The notes: generated by a model not told the origin, from the letters alone. Positions 1-10,998 are shown, counted from the stretch's first letter. The stretch: 64,000 bases of DNA from an uncultured Gemmatimonadaceae bacterium (GCA_963751275.1 CAVVTZ010000011.1:64001-128000), one strand, 5' to 3'. Numbers and translations are program-made.

Positions 1-281
1 CGTTCGCTGTCGAACACCGGGCGGAAGGTCGTGCCGGCGTTCGTCGTCTTCCAGATGCCGCCGCCCGCCGCCGCGACGTAGAACGTCTTCGACGGACTCG
101 GGATGCCGGCGATGTCGGCGACGCGGCCGCCCATGTCGGCGGGGCCGATGTTGCGCCAGCCGAAGATGGTCATGCTCGTGGAATCGAGCGGCGCGGTGCG
201 CTGTTGCGCGTGGACGGAGGCCGGGAGCACCAGCAGCCCGGCCGTGAGAGCCACCAGGGCGATCGAACGATGTGGATTCAT
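1..281 (-). CDS. Secreted BNR/VPS10(sortilin)-repeat glycosyl hydrolase-like protein, 5' part (runs off the window)
   Basis: Manual translation: MNPHRSIALVALTAGLLVLPASVHAQQ signal peptide, then WRNIGPADMGGRVADIAG...FYVAAAGGGIWKTTNAGTTF, typical of this family. Confidence 0.8.
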   Translation of the reverse strand, partial: MNPHRSIALVALTAGLLVLPASVHAQQRTAPLDSTSMTIFGWRNIGPADMGGRVADIAGIPSPSKTFYVAAAGGGIWKTTNAGTTFRPVFDSE

Positions 282-514
282 GGGGTCGCGCTTCTCCGAG
301 AGGTGTCGCAGCCGCCAGCGAGGAATGATCTGCGGCGTGGGGAACGCCCGAGATGTGGGCGAACCTGTCTTTACGCGCAAGCCCGCCGCTCCGTTGCGCG
401 AGAGCTTCGGGCCGCGAGCGGTTTGGGGCACTCCCGGCCGGGTCGTTTGTGGCGTAGCATTCTCCGGGTGGGCCCGAGCGGGGTCGGCTGTTGCCTTCAG
501 CGAGGTGATCGAAG

Positions 515-1127
515 ATGAGCGGCACTGCTCCCATTCCACCCGCTCCGGCGGCATTGCCCGCGCCACCCATCGGGTGGACGCCGTCGCGCGTGCTCGCGCT
601 GATCGCGGGCGCGATCCTGCTCGTCCTGGCCGTCCGCTTGTCACGCGGCTTGGCGCTTGGCGGCGTCCTCGCGATGCTCCTGCTCGTTCGCGTGCAGAGC
701 GGCCGCGGGCGCCGCGCGGGCCGGGCGGGCACGTGGCTGGCGTGCTGCGCCGCGTGTGCGGCCGCCCTCATCGTCGTCATGGCCATCTGGCGTCTCGAGG
801 CTGCCACCCGGCATGATGGAGCAGGTGATGGATTCGGTGCGTGCGCAGCAACAGCGCACGCCGCCGCCCGTGCTGCCGCCCGCGCTCGAGCGGCTGCAGC
901 CGCACGATTCCGCGTCGCGTGCGGCGCAGCGGGCTGCGCAGCAGCAGGCCATGGCGATGGTGCAGTCTCCCGCGTTCATGCGGTACATGATGGTCGCCGG
1001 CATCTCGATCGGTTCGGCGATCCTTGGGACGATCCTGGGCACCGCGGCATGGGCCGCTGCGTTCCTCCTGGCGCGCGGTTTCTCCGGCGCGTGGCCGCTC
1101 GCTGCCCCGCCGCCGGCGCCGGAGTAG
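515..1127 (+). CDS. Hypothetical membrane protein (one apparent frameshift near 790)
   Basis: Hydrophobic N-terminus in ORF 515; the C-terminal half continues in the frame of ORF 657..1127. Confidence 0.55.
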
Positions 1128-1141
1128 ATCGCGCGCCGCGC

Positions 1142-1171
1142 TTGGCGAATGAAGTCGCGCGTCGGTAGCTT
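1142..1171 (+). promoter_or_regulatory. Sigma70-like promoter, leaderless type
   Basis: TTGGCG-N18-TAGCTT, 6 nt before ATG 1178; no Shine-Dalgarno. Confidence 0.5.
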
Positions 1172-1177
1172 TCCCCC

Positions 1178-2182
1178 ATGACCGACGTCGTCGCTCTCGC
1201 CGCCGAGTTGATCGCGCTCGAGTCGCCCACCGGTGCCGAAGGGCCCGCCGTCGATTTCGTCACCCGCTGGCTGGTGGCGCGCGGCTGGAACGTGCACGTG
1301 CAGGAAGTGACGAACGGGGCGCGGCAACGTGTGGGCCACGCGCGCCGGCGGGCGGATCGTCACGCTCTCGACGCATCTCGACACGGTGCCGCCCTTCATC
1401 GGCCCCGACGCGGACGGGAATCAGCTCTACGGGCGCGGCGCGTGCGACGCCAAGGGGATCGCCGCGGCGATGCTGGCGGCGGCCGACCGACTCGTGGCCG
1501 ACGGGGAGGAGCGCGTCGATCTCCTGTTCGTCGTCGGGCGAGGAGAAGGGATCCGACGGCGCGCGCGCGGCGAACCATCTGCCCGCCGACCAGCCGGTTT
1601 CTCGTCAATGGCGAGCCCACCGAGAGCCGGCTCGCCGAGCGGCGCGAAGGGCTCGCTCCGCGTCACGCTGCGCACGAAGGGACGCGCCGCGCACTCCGCG
1701 TATCCGCAGCTCGGACAGTCGGCGATCGAGCCGATGCTCGACCTGCTGCCTACGCTCAAGGAAGCTGAAGCTCCCCACCGACACCGTGCTCGGCGACACG
1801 ACGGTGAACATCGGCACCATCCACGGCGGCACCGAGGCGAACATCATTCCGGACCGCGTGGAGGTCGAATTGATGTTCCGCCTCGTGGGCGATGTGCACG
1901 AGGTGAAACGCAAGCTCGAGGAGTGGGCCGGCGGGAAGGCCGAGATCGAATACGGCTCGTTCATCCCCGCGCAGAACTTCCATACCATCCCGGATTTCCC
2001 CTCGGCGCCTGTGGCGTACACGACCGACATTCCGCTGCTCGGCCGCTGGGGAACGCCACTGTTGTTCGGGCCGGGATCGATCCACGTGGCGCACACGCCG
2101 GACGAATTCATTGACGTGCGTCGAACTCCGCGCCGCGGTGGATGCGTACGTGAAGATCGTGCGCACGCTGCTCGCGACGTGA
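1178..2182 (+). CDS. M20 family ArgE/DapE-like deacylase (several frameshifts)
   Basis: Motifs STHLDTVPP, GRGACDAKG, NGEPT, GRAAHSAYP, FGPGSIHVAHTPDE spread over three frames; heads the dap operon. Confidence 0.85.
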
Positions 2183-3238
2183 ACGCGCCCAAGCGCGCAA
2201 GATCCCGGTGGCCGTGCTCGGCGCCACCGGCACCGTGGGGCAGTCGTTCGTGCGCCTGCTCGCCGACGCATCCGTGGTTCGAGCTCGTGGAGCGTCGCGG
2301 CGTCGGAGCGGTCCTGGGCAAGACGCTACGCCGACGCGGCGCGCTGGCTCACGGCGAGATGCCGGCGAACGCGGCGCACCTCGAGGTGCTCGCCTGCGAT
2401 CCGGCCGCGGTCAAGGCGCCGCTCGTCTTCTCGGCGCTCGACGCCGTACCGTCGCGGGCGACGTGGAGCCCGCGTTCGCGCGCGCCGGACGCTGGTGCTC
2501 AGCAACGCGCGGAATTTCCGCATGGAAGCGGATGTGCCGCTGGTCATTCCGGAGAGTGAACGCTCGATCACTTCGCGCGCTGCCGCGTCCAGCGCAAGCC
2601 GGCGGGCTGGAGCGGCGCGCATCATCACCAACGCCGAACTGCGCCGCGACCGTCGTGGCGTGGCGCTCGCGCCGTTGCACCAAGCGTTCGGCGTGGAGCA
2701 GGTGCTTCGTCACGACCCTGCAGGCCGTGTCGGGGGCCGGCTATCCCGGTGTGCCATCGCTCGACATCCTCGGCAACGTGATCCCGTTCATGGCGGCGGC
2801 GAAGAGGAGAAGATCGAGACGGAGACGCCGAAGATGCTCGGCGCGTGCGAACGGCGCGCTTCGTGCGGCGTCGATTCGCGTCAGCGCGCAGGCCGACCGC
2901 GTGCCCGTGGAGCATGGGCACATGACCGTGCCTGTCGGTGACGCTCGCCAAGCGCGCGACCGCGGACGAGGCGATCGACGCGCTGAGCAGCTGGAAGGGC
3001 GAGGTGCACGCAGCTCGGGATTGCCCAGTGCGCCGGAACGGGTGGCTCGTCGTCACGCGACTGGTGAGCCGTCCGCAGCCGCGGCGGGATGTGAACGCGG
3101 GCAGCGGCATGACGGTCACGGTCGGCCGCGTGCGCCGCGATCCGATCCTCGATCTGCGCCTCGTCGCGCTCGGCCACAACATGATGCGCGGCGCCGCCGG
3201 CGGGTCGGTCGCTGAACGCGGAGCTGCTGGCGGGATAG
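2179..3238 (+). CDS. asd: Aspartate-semialdehyde dehydrogenase (many frameshifts; ends approximate)
   Basis: VAVLGATGTVGQ, SNARNFRMEADVPLVIPE, TLQAVSGAGYPGVPSLDILGNVIPF, RVPVEHGH, GHNMMRGAAGGS. Confidence 0.9.
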
Positions 3239-3264
3239 CGCGCCCGCGGGACTCGTGCGCACTC

Positions 3265-4622
3265 GTGATCGTCATCAAGTTCGGCGGCACGTCGGTCGCA
3301 GGACGCGACGGCGATCGACCGGCGCGGCGGAGATCACGCGGTCGCCGCCCCTCGCGCGCCGGTGGTCGTGGTGTCGGCGCTGGCGGGCATGACGAATGCG
3401 CTGCTCGCGATCGCCGAGCAGGCGACCGCTGGCCAGCTGCATTGTCGGCGCTTCCGGCATCGAGGGCTGCGCACGCGGCACCTGTCCGCCGGCGATGCGC
3501 TCCTCGGCACCGCGTCGCGCGCGAGATCGGCGCGGAACTCAGCGCGCTGTGCGATGAGCTCGCGCACCTCGCGGAGGCGCTCTCGGTGCTCGGGCGACCT
3601 GACGCCACGCACTCGATGCGATCGCCGCGCCGGGGGAGCTGCTTGAGCAGCGTCCTGGTGCACGCGGCCTTTCGCGAGCGCGAACTCGCGGTGGAGCTCA
3701 TCGATGCCCGCACCGTCATGGTCACCGACGACGTTCACGCACGCCGAGCCACGGATGGACGCCATCACGCGCCAGGCGCGCGACGTGCTGCTCCCGGTGG
3801 TGCGCGAGTCGCGCATCCCGGTGCTGGGCGGCTTCGTGGGCCGCGACCCGCGGCGGCGTCACGACCACCCTCGGCCGCGGCGGCGGCGACTTCACCGCGT
3901 CGCTGCTCGGTGCGGCGCTCGGCGCCGAGGCGATCGAGATCTGGACCGATGTCGACGGCATGTTGAGCGCCGATCCGCGCGTCGTGCGCGGCGCGCGGCT
4001 GATCGAGGAGATCCGCTTCGACGAAGCGGCCGAGCTGGCGGCATTCGGCGCCAAGGTCCTCCACCCGAGCACGATCGCGCCCGCGGTGCAGCGCGGCATC
4101 CCGGTGTTCGTGCTCAACTCGCGGCGCCCCGAGGGGAAGGGGACGCGCATCACCGCCGAGGCGCCGCGGCGCGCGGTGACCGCGATCGCGGGCAAGTCCG
4201 GCGTGTCCGTCGTGAAGGTGCGCACGCCGCGCATGCTCTTCGCCACCGGCGTGGTGAAGACGATCTTCGAGGTGTTCGAGCGGCATCGCACGGCGGTGGA
4301 TGTCGTCGCGACGTCGGAGGTCTCGGTGTCGGTCACGACCGATGATGCGACGCACCTCGACGCGATCCTGGTCGAGCTGCGCGCGCTGGGCGACGTGGCG
4401 CTGGAGCGATCGCGTGCGATCGTCGCGATCGTCGGCGCCGGGCTCGGTGACGGCGCGACGACCATGGCGCGCGCGCTAGCCGCGCTGGGCGGCACCGCCG
4501 TGCACATGATCTCGCTGAGCGCTACCGGCATCAATCTCACGCTCGTGGTGGACGCGGCCGCGCTGGAGCCGGCGATGCGCGCGCTGCACGCGGAATTCTT
4601 CGGCGCGGAGAAACCATCATGA
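3265..4622 (+). CDS. lysC: Aspartate kinase (frameshifts in the 5' half)
   Basis: VIKFGGTSV, VVVSALAGMTN, TTLGRGGGD, IWTDVDGMLSADPR, FGAKVLHP, C-terminal ACT domains. Confidence 0.92.
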
Positions 4623-5314
4623 CGAACCCTCGCATTGCGCTCATCGGCGTCGGCAAAATGGGACGCGCAGTGATGCAGCTCGCGGAGGAACGCGGCTGGC
4701 CGGTGGTCGCGGCGATCAATGCCGCGGCGGGCGGCGTGACGCGCGATCTGCTGATGAGCGCCGATGTCGCGATCGAGTTCACGACGCCGGCCGCCGCGCC
4801 CGCGAACATCATCGCCTGCGCTCGCGCGGGCGTGCCGGTCGTCTGCGGCACCACCGGGTGGGACGCCGAGCGGCATCACGTGGAGCGCGAGGTGCGCGAG
4901 CACGGCGCGGCGCTGCTCGCGTCGCCGAACTTCTCGCTGGGCGTCGCGGTCTTCTTCCAGGCGGCGGAGACGCTCGCGCGGCTGATGGCGCACACGCCGG
5001 GGTTCGCGGCGCAGATCATCGAGACGCACCACGCGGGGAAGCGCGACGCGCCATCGGGCACCGGGCTCGAGCTCGCGCGCCTCGCGGGCGCGGCACTCGG
5101 CGCCCCGGTGCCGGTCACGAGCGTGCGCATGGGCTCGGTGCCCGGCACGCACGAGCTGATCTTCGACGCGGCGTACGAGCAGCTGCGGCTCACGCACGAG
5201 GCGCGCGACCGCCGCGTGTTCGCGGAGGGCGCGCTCACGGCGGCGGCGTGGCTCATTGGCCGGCGCGGTATATTCACCATGCGCGACCTGGTGGGAGGGG
5301 AGATCAAGCGATGA
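4619..5314 (+). CDS. dapB: 4-hydroxy-tetrahydrodipicolinate reductase
   Basis: GVGKMG, GTTGW, SPNFSLG, ETHHAGKRDAPSGT. Confidence 0.95.
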   Translation: MTNPRIALIGVGKMGRAVMQLAEERGWPVVAAINAAAGGVTRDLLMSADVAIEFTTPAAAPANIIACARAGVPVVCGTTGWDAERHHVEREVREHGAALLASPNFSLGVAVFFQAAETLARLMAHTPGFAAQIIETHHAGKRDAPSGTGLELARLAGAALGAPVPVTSVRMGSVPGTHELIFDAAYEQLRLTHEARDRRVFAEGALTAAAWLIGRRGIFTMRDLVGGEIKR

Positions 5315-6204
5315 CCACGGCGAAGCGGATCTTCGGATGCGGCACGGCGCTCGTCACGCCCTTCCGCGCGGATGGCGCAGTGGACGAGCCGGCGTTGCGC
5401 GCGCTCATCGATTGGCAGATCGCGGAGGGAATCCACTATCTGGTGCCGTGCGGCTCGACCGGCGAAGCGGCGACGATGACGCCGGCCGAGCACCGCCGCG
5501 TGGTGGAGATCACGGTGGAACAGGTGCGCGGCCGCGTGCCGGTGATGGCCGGCGCCGGCGCGAACGACACGAAGCGCGCGGTCGCGATGTCGAAGGACAT
5601 GCAGGCCGCGGGCGCGACGCACTTGCTGCACGTGAGCCCCATGTACAACCGGCCGCCGCAGCGCGGGATCATCGAGCACTACAAGGCCATCGCCGACGCC
5701 ACCGATCTCCCTGTGATCGTGTACAACGTGCCGGGCCGCACCGGGAGCAACATCGAGGCGAAGACGACGCTCGCCCTCGCGCTGATCCCGCACATTGTCG
5801 CGGTGAAGGAAGCGTCGGGGAACCTCGGCCAGATCCAGGACATCCTGCGCGACCGGCCACCGGAATTCTCGGTGCTCTCCGGCGATGACGGCCTGACGCT
5901 CGCGGTGATGGCGGCCGGCGGCGACGGGATCATCTCGGTGATCTCGAACGCCACGCCGAAATTGATGGCGCAGCTCTGCGAGCGCGCGCGCGACGGCGAT
6001 TTCGCGGCGGCGCGCGCGATCCACGAGCGGCTGCTCCCGTGGATGCACGCCGCCTTCGTGGAGTCGAATCCGCTGCCGGCCAAGGCCGCGCTCGCGATGA
6101 TGGGGCGCATCCAGAACGTGCTGCGCCTGCCGCTCGTGGCGATGCTCGCGTCCCACGAAGCGGTGGTGCGCGCCGCGCTCGTCGCGGCGGGAGCGCTCGC
6201 GTGA
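5311..6204 (+). CDS. dapA: 4-hydroxy-tetrahydrodipicolinate synthase
   Basis: TALVTPF, GSTGE, YNVPGRTG, VKEASG, LSGDD, ESNPLPAK. Confidence 0.96.
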   Translation: MTTAKRIFGCGTALVTPFRADGAVDEPALRALIDWQIAEGIHYLVPCGSTGEAATMTPAEHRRVVEITVEQVRGRVPVMAGAGANDTKRAVAMSKDMQAAGATHLLHVSPMYNRPPQRGIIEHYKAIADATDLPVIVYNVPGRTGSNIEAKTTLALALIPHIVAVKEASGNLGQIQDILRDRPPEFSVLSGDDGLTLAVMAAGGDGIISVISNATPKLMAQLCERARDGDFAAARAIHERLLPWMHAAFVESNPLPAKAALAMMGRIQNVLRLPLVAMLASHEAVVRAALVAAGALA

Positions 6205-7049
6205 GTTCCCCCGCCGCGCTGCAGCGTGCGGTGGAAGCGCTGGCCGCCGCGGGCGACCGGCCGCCGGCCGATGCGGAGCGGACGATCGCCGCGCTGCTCG
6301 ACGCGCTGGAGCAGGGCGAGGTCCGCTCGGCGGAGCGGAGCGCGAACGGCGAATGGCGAGCCGTGCCGTGGGTGAAGCAGGGGATCCTGCTCGCGTTCAA
6401 GCTGGGCACGGTGGTGGACATGTCGCCGATCGAGGGATCCCCGTTCCAGTTCTACGACAAGGACACGCTGCCCACACAGGACATTCCGATCGACCGCGGC
6501 GTGCGGCTGGTGCCGGGCGGCTCGACCGTGCGGCGCGGCGCATATGTCGCGCGCGGCGTGGTGTGCATGCCGCCGATGTACATCAATGCGGGTGCGTGGG
6601 TGGGCGCGGGAACGATGGTCGATTCCCACGCGCTCGTCGGTTCCTGCGCGCAGATCGGCGAGCGCGTGCACCTGAGCGCGGCGGCACAGATCGGCGGCGT
6701 GCTCGAGCCGGTGAACGCGGCGCCGGTGGTCGTCGAGGACGACGCGTTCGTCGGTGGCAACTGCGGCGTGTACGAGGGCACCGTGGTTCGCCGCCGCGCC
6801 GTGCTCGCGCCGGGCGTGCTGCTCACCCGCGGCACGCCGGTGTACGATCTCGTGCACGAGCGGATCTACCGCGCCGAGGGCGCGCGCCCGCTCGAGATCC
6901 CCGAGGGCGCCGTGGTGGTGCCGGGCGCGCGGCGCATTGCGTCGGGCTGGGGCGCGGAGCAGGGGCTGTCGCTCGCGACGCCGGTGATCGTGAAGTACCG
7001 CGACGGGTCCACGAACGCCGGCACCGCGCTCGAGGGGGCACTGCGATGA
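6201..7049 (+). CDS. dapD: Tetrahydrodipicolinate N-succinyltransferase
   Basis: WVKQGILLAF, RLVPGG, VGSCAQIGERVHLSAAAQIGGVLEP. Confidence 0.93.
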   Translation: MSSPAALQRAVEALAAAGDRPPADAERTIAALLDALEQGEVRSAERSANGEWRAVPWVKQGILLAFKLGTVVDMSPIEGSPFQFYDKDTLPTQDIPIDRGVRLVPGGSTVRRGAYVARGVVCMPPMYINAGAWVGAGTMVDSHALVGSCAQIGERVHLSAAAQIGGVLEPVNAAPVVVEDDAFVGGNCGVYEGTVVRRRAVLAPGVLLTRGTPVYDLVHERIYRAEGARPLEIPEGAVVVPGARRIASGWGAEQGLSLATPVIVKYRDGSTNAGTALEGALR

Positions 7050-7885
7050 CCACCGCCGGCCCGGTCGCGGTGGTCGGGCTCGGCTGCATTGGAGGCTCCC
7101 TCGCGCGCGCGCTCACGGCGCAGGGCGTGACGGTGCACGCGTGGAGCGAATCGGCGGCGGATCGCGAACTCGCCGCCGCGGCGGGGATCAACGTGAGCGC
7201 CGACCTGCGCGCCGCGCTGCAGGGCGCGACCGCGGTCATGGTCGCGGTGCCGCTGCTCAAGATCGCGCCGATCGCGGCGGACGCGATGGTGCTCGCGCCG
7301 CAGGCGGCGGTGATGCACACGGGCAGTCTGCAGCGGTCCAAGGCGCTCGACCTGAAAGTGTCGCCATCGCTCAATCTGCGCGTCATTGGCACGCACCCGC
7401 TGGCCGGGTCGCACGAGACCGGCTTCGCCGCGTCGCGCGCGGATCTGTTCGCCGGCTGCGCGGTGAGCATTGAGACGCGCGCCAGTGATCGCGTGCGCGC
7501 GACGGCGGAATCGCTCTGGCGCGCCGCGGGCGCGGCGCGCTTCGACTACCGCACCGCCGATGAGCACGACCGGCTGATGACGTGGGTGAGCCATCTCCCG
7601 CAGCTCGTCGCCACCGCGCTCGCGGGATCGCTTGACGCGGCCGGCATCGATCCGTCGGCCGCGGGCCCGGGGGCGCGCGATACGTCGCGGCTCGCCGGCA
7701 GCGCGCTCGATCTGTGGGCGCCGTTGCTTGCGGCGGCGCCCGAGGACCTCGATCTCGCGCTCGCGGGCTACGCGGCGCGATTCGGCGAACTCCGCGCCGC
7801 CGTGACGGCGCGCGATGCGAAGCGATTGGCCGCCCTCTGGGAGCCCGCGCGCGCCTGGCGCCGCCGCGCCGGAGGGGCGTCATGA
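7046..7885 (+). CDS. tyrA: Prephenate dehydrogenase
   Basis: VGLGCIGGSLA, GTHPLAGS, EHDRLMTWVSHLPQ, RDTSRLA. Confidence 0.88.
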   Translation: MTTAGPVAVVGLGCIGGSLARALTAQGVTVHAWSESAADRELAAAAGINVSADLRAALQGATAVMVAVPLLKIAPIAADAMVLAPQAAVMHTGSLQRSKALDLKVSPSLNLRVIGTHPLAGSHETGFAASRADLFAGCAVSIETRASDRVRATAESLWRAAGAARFDYRTADEHDRLMTWVSHLPQLVATALAGSLDAAGIDPSAAGPGARDTSRLAGSALDLWAPLLAAAPEDLDLALAGYAARFGELRAAVTARDAKRLAALWEPARAWRRRAGGAS

Positions 7886-9141
7886 TCGTCGGCGGCATCG
7901 TGCACGTGCCCGGCGACAAGTCGATCTCGCACCGCGCGCTGATCCTCGCGGCGCTCGCCGACGGCGAGTCGCACATCCACGGGATCCTCCAGAGTGCCGA
8001 CGTCGAGAGCACCGCCGGCGTGCTGCGCGCGATGGGCGTCGCGATCCCGCCGCTCGGACCTTCGATCGCCGTGGCGGGCCGCGGCCGCCGCGGACTCACC
8101 GCGCCCGCGCGCGATCTCGACTGCGGGAACAGCGGCACCACGGCGCGGCTCGTGGCCGGCGTGGTCGCGGGACAATCGTTCGCCGCGCGCTTCACCGGTG
8201 ACGCGAGCCTCAGCCGCCGCCCCATGGGTCGCATTGCGCGCCCGCTCGAAGCGATGGGTGCACGCGTGACGTTCGAGGACGGCGAGCATCTGCCCATGAC
8301 GGTGCAGGGCGGCACGCTCAAGGCGCTCAAATGGGAGAGCGAGACCGCGAGCGCACAGGTGAAGAGCGCGGTGCTGCTCGCCGGACTCGTCGCCGGCGTG
8401 CCGGTGGTGCTGCGCGAACCGGGCCGCTCGCGCGATCACACCGAGCGCCTGCTGCGCGCGACCGGCGTCGATGTCGATGTGGTGGGCGACGTCGTGCGGC
8501 TCGAGCCGGTGACGCGCCTCGCACCCTTCGACCTCCACGTGCCGGGCGATCCGTCGTCCGCCGCGTTCATGACGGCGCTGGCGGTGCTCGCCGGCGGCGG
8601 CGCGCTGTCCGTGGCCGACGTCTGCCTGAACCCCACGCGCGTCGGGTTCTATCGCGCGCTGCAGCGCATGGGCGCGCACATTGATTTCCACGTCAGCGCG
8701 CCGCAGGGCGGGGAGGACGTCGGCTCGATCTTCGCGTGGCCATTGGCCCTGCACGCCGTGGACGTGGGCGCCGACACGGTGCCGTCGATGATCGATGAGC
8801 TGCCGCTGCTCGCCTGCGTCGCCGCGCGCGCCACCGGCACCACGGTGATCACCGGCGCCGCCGAACTGCGCGCCAAGGAGAGCGACCGGATCAGCGCGGT
8901 GGTCTCCAACCTGCGCGCGATCGGCGTGAGGGCCGAGGAGCGGCCGGACGGCATGACCGTCACCGGAACCGACGCGCCGCTCAGCGGCGCCGTGATCACG
9001 CACGGCGACCACCGGATCGCCATGGCCTTCGGCGTGCTGGCGGCGCTCCCGCAGAGCACGATCTCGATCGATGACCGCGATTGCGTCGCCGTCTCGTACC
9101 CTTCGTTCTGGGAAGACGTGCGCGCCGCGATCACCGCATGA
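7882..9141 (+). CDS. aroA: EPSP synthase
   Basis: PGDKSISHR, DCGNSGTT, SAQVKSA, KESDR, HGDHRIAM. Confidence 0.96.
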   Translation: MIVGGIVHVPGDKSISHRALILAALADGESHIHGILQSADVESTAGVLRAMGVAIPPLGPSIAVAGRGRRGLTAPARDLDCGNSGTTARLVAGVVAGQSFAARFTGDASLSRRPMGRIARPLEAMGARVTFEDGEHLPMTVQGGTLKALKWESETASAQVKSAVLLAGLVAGVPVVLREPGRSRDHTERLLRATGVDVDVVGDVVRLEPVTRLAPFDLHVPGDPSSAAFMTALAVLAGGGALSVADVCLNPTRVGFYRALQRMGAHIDFHVSAPQGGEDVGSIFAWPLALHAVDVGADTVPSMIDELPLLACVAARATGTTVITGAAELRAKESDRISAVVSNLRAIGVRAEERPDGMTVTGTDAPLSGAVITHGDHRIAMAFGVLAALPQSTISIDDRDCVAVSYPSFWEDVRAAITA

Positions 9142-9845
9142 CGTCGCCCACGCCGCCGTTCTCGCCGCGCATCCGCGAGCCGGGCAAGCCGTTCGTCGTC
9201 GCCATCGACGGGCCCGCCGCGTCGGGCAAGAGCTCCACCGCGCAGTGGGTGGCGAACGAGCTCGGCTTCCTGCACATTGACTCCGGCTCGCTCTATCGCG
9301 CGGCGACCGCCGCGGCGCTCGAAGCGGCGCCGGGCGCCGCGCTGTCGGAAGACGCCGTGCTTCGCGCCGCCGCCGCGATCACGCTCGCGCCCGCGGGACG
9401 ATCGTTCGTGCCCGTGCGCGACGGCCACGCGATGGATGAGGCGCTGCGCGACAGCGGCGTGACGACGCGCGTGTCCGAGGTGGCGCGCATGCCGCGCGTC
9501 CGCGCCTGGGTGAACGCGCGGGTCCGCGACGCCGCGGCGCAGCGCGACGTGGTGGTCGATGGCCGCGACATTGGGACCGCGGTCTTTCCCGATGCCGCCG
9601 CGAAGATCTATCTCGTGGCCGATCCGTGGGAGCGCGCGCGGCGCCGGCTCATCCAGCGCCTGGGCCGCGCGCCGCACGATGCCGAGATCGCCGAGGAGAC
9701 CGAGCGCCTCGTGGAGCGCGACGCGCGCGACGCGGCGCAGTCCGCGCCCGCGGCGCGCGCGATGCTCATCGACACCACCTACCTCACGCAGGAAGAACAG
9801 GTGAGCCGCATCGTCGCGTTCGCCCGGGCGGTGCACGGCCGCTGA
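9138..9845 (+). CDS. cmk: Cytidylate kinase
   Basis: AIDGPAASGKSS, DSGSLYR, DGRDIGTAVFPDA. Confidence 0.95.
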   Translation: MTSPTPPFSPRIREPGKPFVVAIDGPAASGKSSTAQWVANELGFLHIDSGSLYRAATAAALEAAPGAALSEDAVLRAAAAITLAPAGRSFVPVRDGHAMDEALRDSGVTTRVSEVARMPRVRAWVNARVRDAAAQRDVVVDGRDIGTAVFPDAAAKIYLVADPWERARRRLIQRLGRAPHDAEIAEETERLVERDARDAAQSAPAARAMLIDTTYLTQEEQVSRIVAFARAVHGR

Positions 9846-10690
9846 TGGTGGAGCACGGTCAGCCGAGCCGCACCGCACTCGGCGCGGCGGGTCATCGCGC
9901 GGCTCACCAGGTGCTCGAGGGGGGACGGATCTTCACGGATCCGCTCGCGCTGCGCATCCTGGGTGGGTACGCTGAGGAACTCATCAAGAAAGCGGAGGCC
10001 GAGCCCGAGCGCCGCGGCCTGCGGATCTTCATCGCGATCCGCACGCGGTTCGCGGAGGACGCACTGGCGGTGGCCGTGGCGCGCGGCGTGACTCAGCTCG
10101 TGGTGCTCGGCGCGGGCCTCGACACATACGCCTATCGGTCGCCCCCCGATCCACGGCTGCGCGTGTTCGAGGTCGACCACCCCGCGACGCAGGAGTGGAA
10201 GCGCGAACGCCTCGCCGAGGCGGCGATCGCGGTCCCGAAGACGCTCACCTTTGTGCCGATCGATTTCGAACGGGAGACGCTCGCCGGCGAGTTGGCGGCC
10301 GGAGGATTCGATCCGACGCAGCCGGCCTTCTTCACCTGGCTCGGTGTCGTGCCATACCTCACCGAGCAGGCGGTCGATGCGACACTCTCGTTCATCGCCG
10401 GGCTCCCAGGCGGCGCGCACGTCGTGTTCGACTACGGCAATCCGCCCTCGGCGGAACGCGGCGGCGAGGAGTACGCGGCGCGACATGAGGCGCTCGCGGC
10501 CCGGGTGGCGGCGCTGGGCGAGAGTCTCAAGAGTTATTTCGAGACGGACGCGCTGCACGCGAAGTTGCGCGGATTCGGCTTTCGCGAGATAGAGGATATA
10601 GGGCCGCTCAAGATGCGGGAGCGATACTTCCCGGACCGCGCGGGAGCCCTCACGGACCGTGGAGGGCATGTGGTGCATGCTGCGACCTGA
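9845..10690 (+). CDS. SAM-dependent methyltransferase, leucine carboxyl methyltransferase-like
   Basis: PSRTAL, FTDPLA, RTRFAED, QLVVLGAGLDT, FEVDHP, WLGVVPYL. Confidence 0.88.
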   Translation: MVEHGQPSRTALGAAGHRAAHQVLEGGRIFTDPLALRILGGYAEELIKKAEAEPERRGLRIFIAIRTRFAEDALAVAVARGVTQLVVLGAGLDTYAYRSPPDPRLRVFEVDHPATQEWKRERLAEAAIAVPKTLTFVPIDFERETLAGELAAGGFDPTQPAFFTWLGVVPYLTEQAVDATLSFIAGLPGGAHVVFDYGNPPSAERGGEEYAARHEALAARVAALGESLKSYFETDALHAKLRGFGFREIEDIGPLKMRERYFPDRAGALTDRGGHVVHAAT

Positions 10691-10836
10691 ACGGCGTACT
10701 TAGTCCCCCGAACTCCGTTGCTAGCAGCTGAGGCGTGGTCACGGCTCGGGCGTACTTAGCATTTGCCAAGTACGCCAAAGCCGTGACCACGCCTCAGCTG
10801 CTAACAACGGAGTTCGGGGGACCAATGACGCCGTTC
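10689..10836. repeat. Family A long palindrome, copy 1
   Basis: Arms GAACGGCGT..TCCCCCGAACTCCGTTG / CAACGGAGTTCGGGGGACCAATGACGCCGTTC around a self-complementary core. Confidence 0.9.
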
Positions 10837-10998
10837 GAGGTTCGAATGACGCCGTTCAGCAGTTCCCCCGTTGCGAGAAGTCACTGCGGCTCCTACCTTT
10901 AACGGCTCTCCCGGCCCGTTCACGGGACCGGACTGTAGGCTCACCTCATCCTCGGCGCGGCGACCGCAAATATCCGCGATTCTGGAGAACCGCATTTC

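Noticed and set aside
290..514. Lysine riboswitch upstream of the dap operon
   Set aside because: The AGAGG is next to the probable RBS of the divergent gene; other conserved riboswitch elements were not found
1178..3900. Dense frameshifts in the M20 gene, asd and lysC suggesting decay of lysine synthesis
   Set aside because: Catalytic motifs are intact and downstream dap genes are clean; clustered indels fit a poorly polished long-read segment
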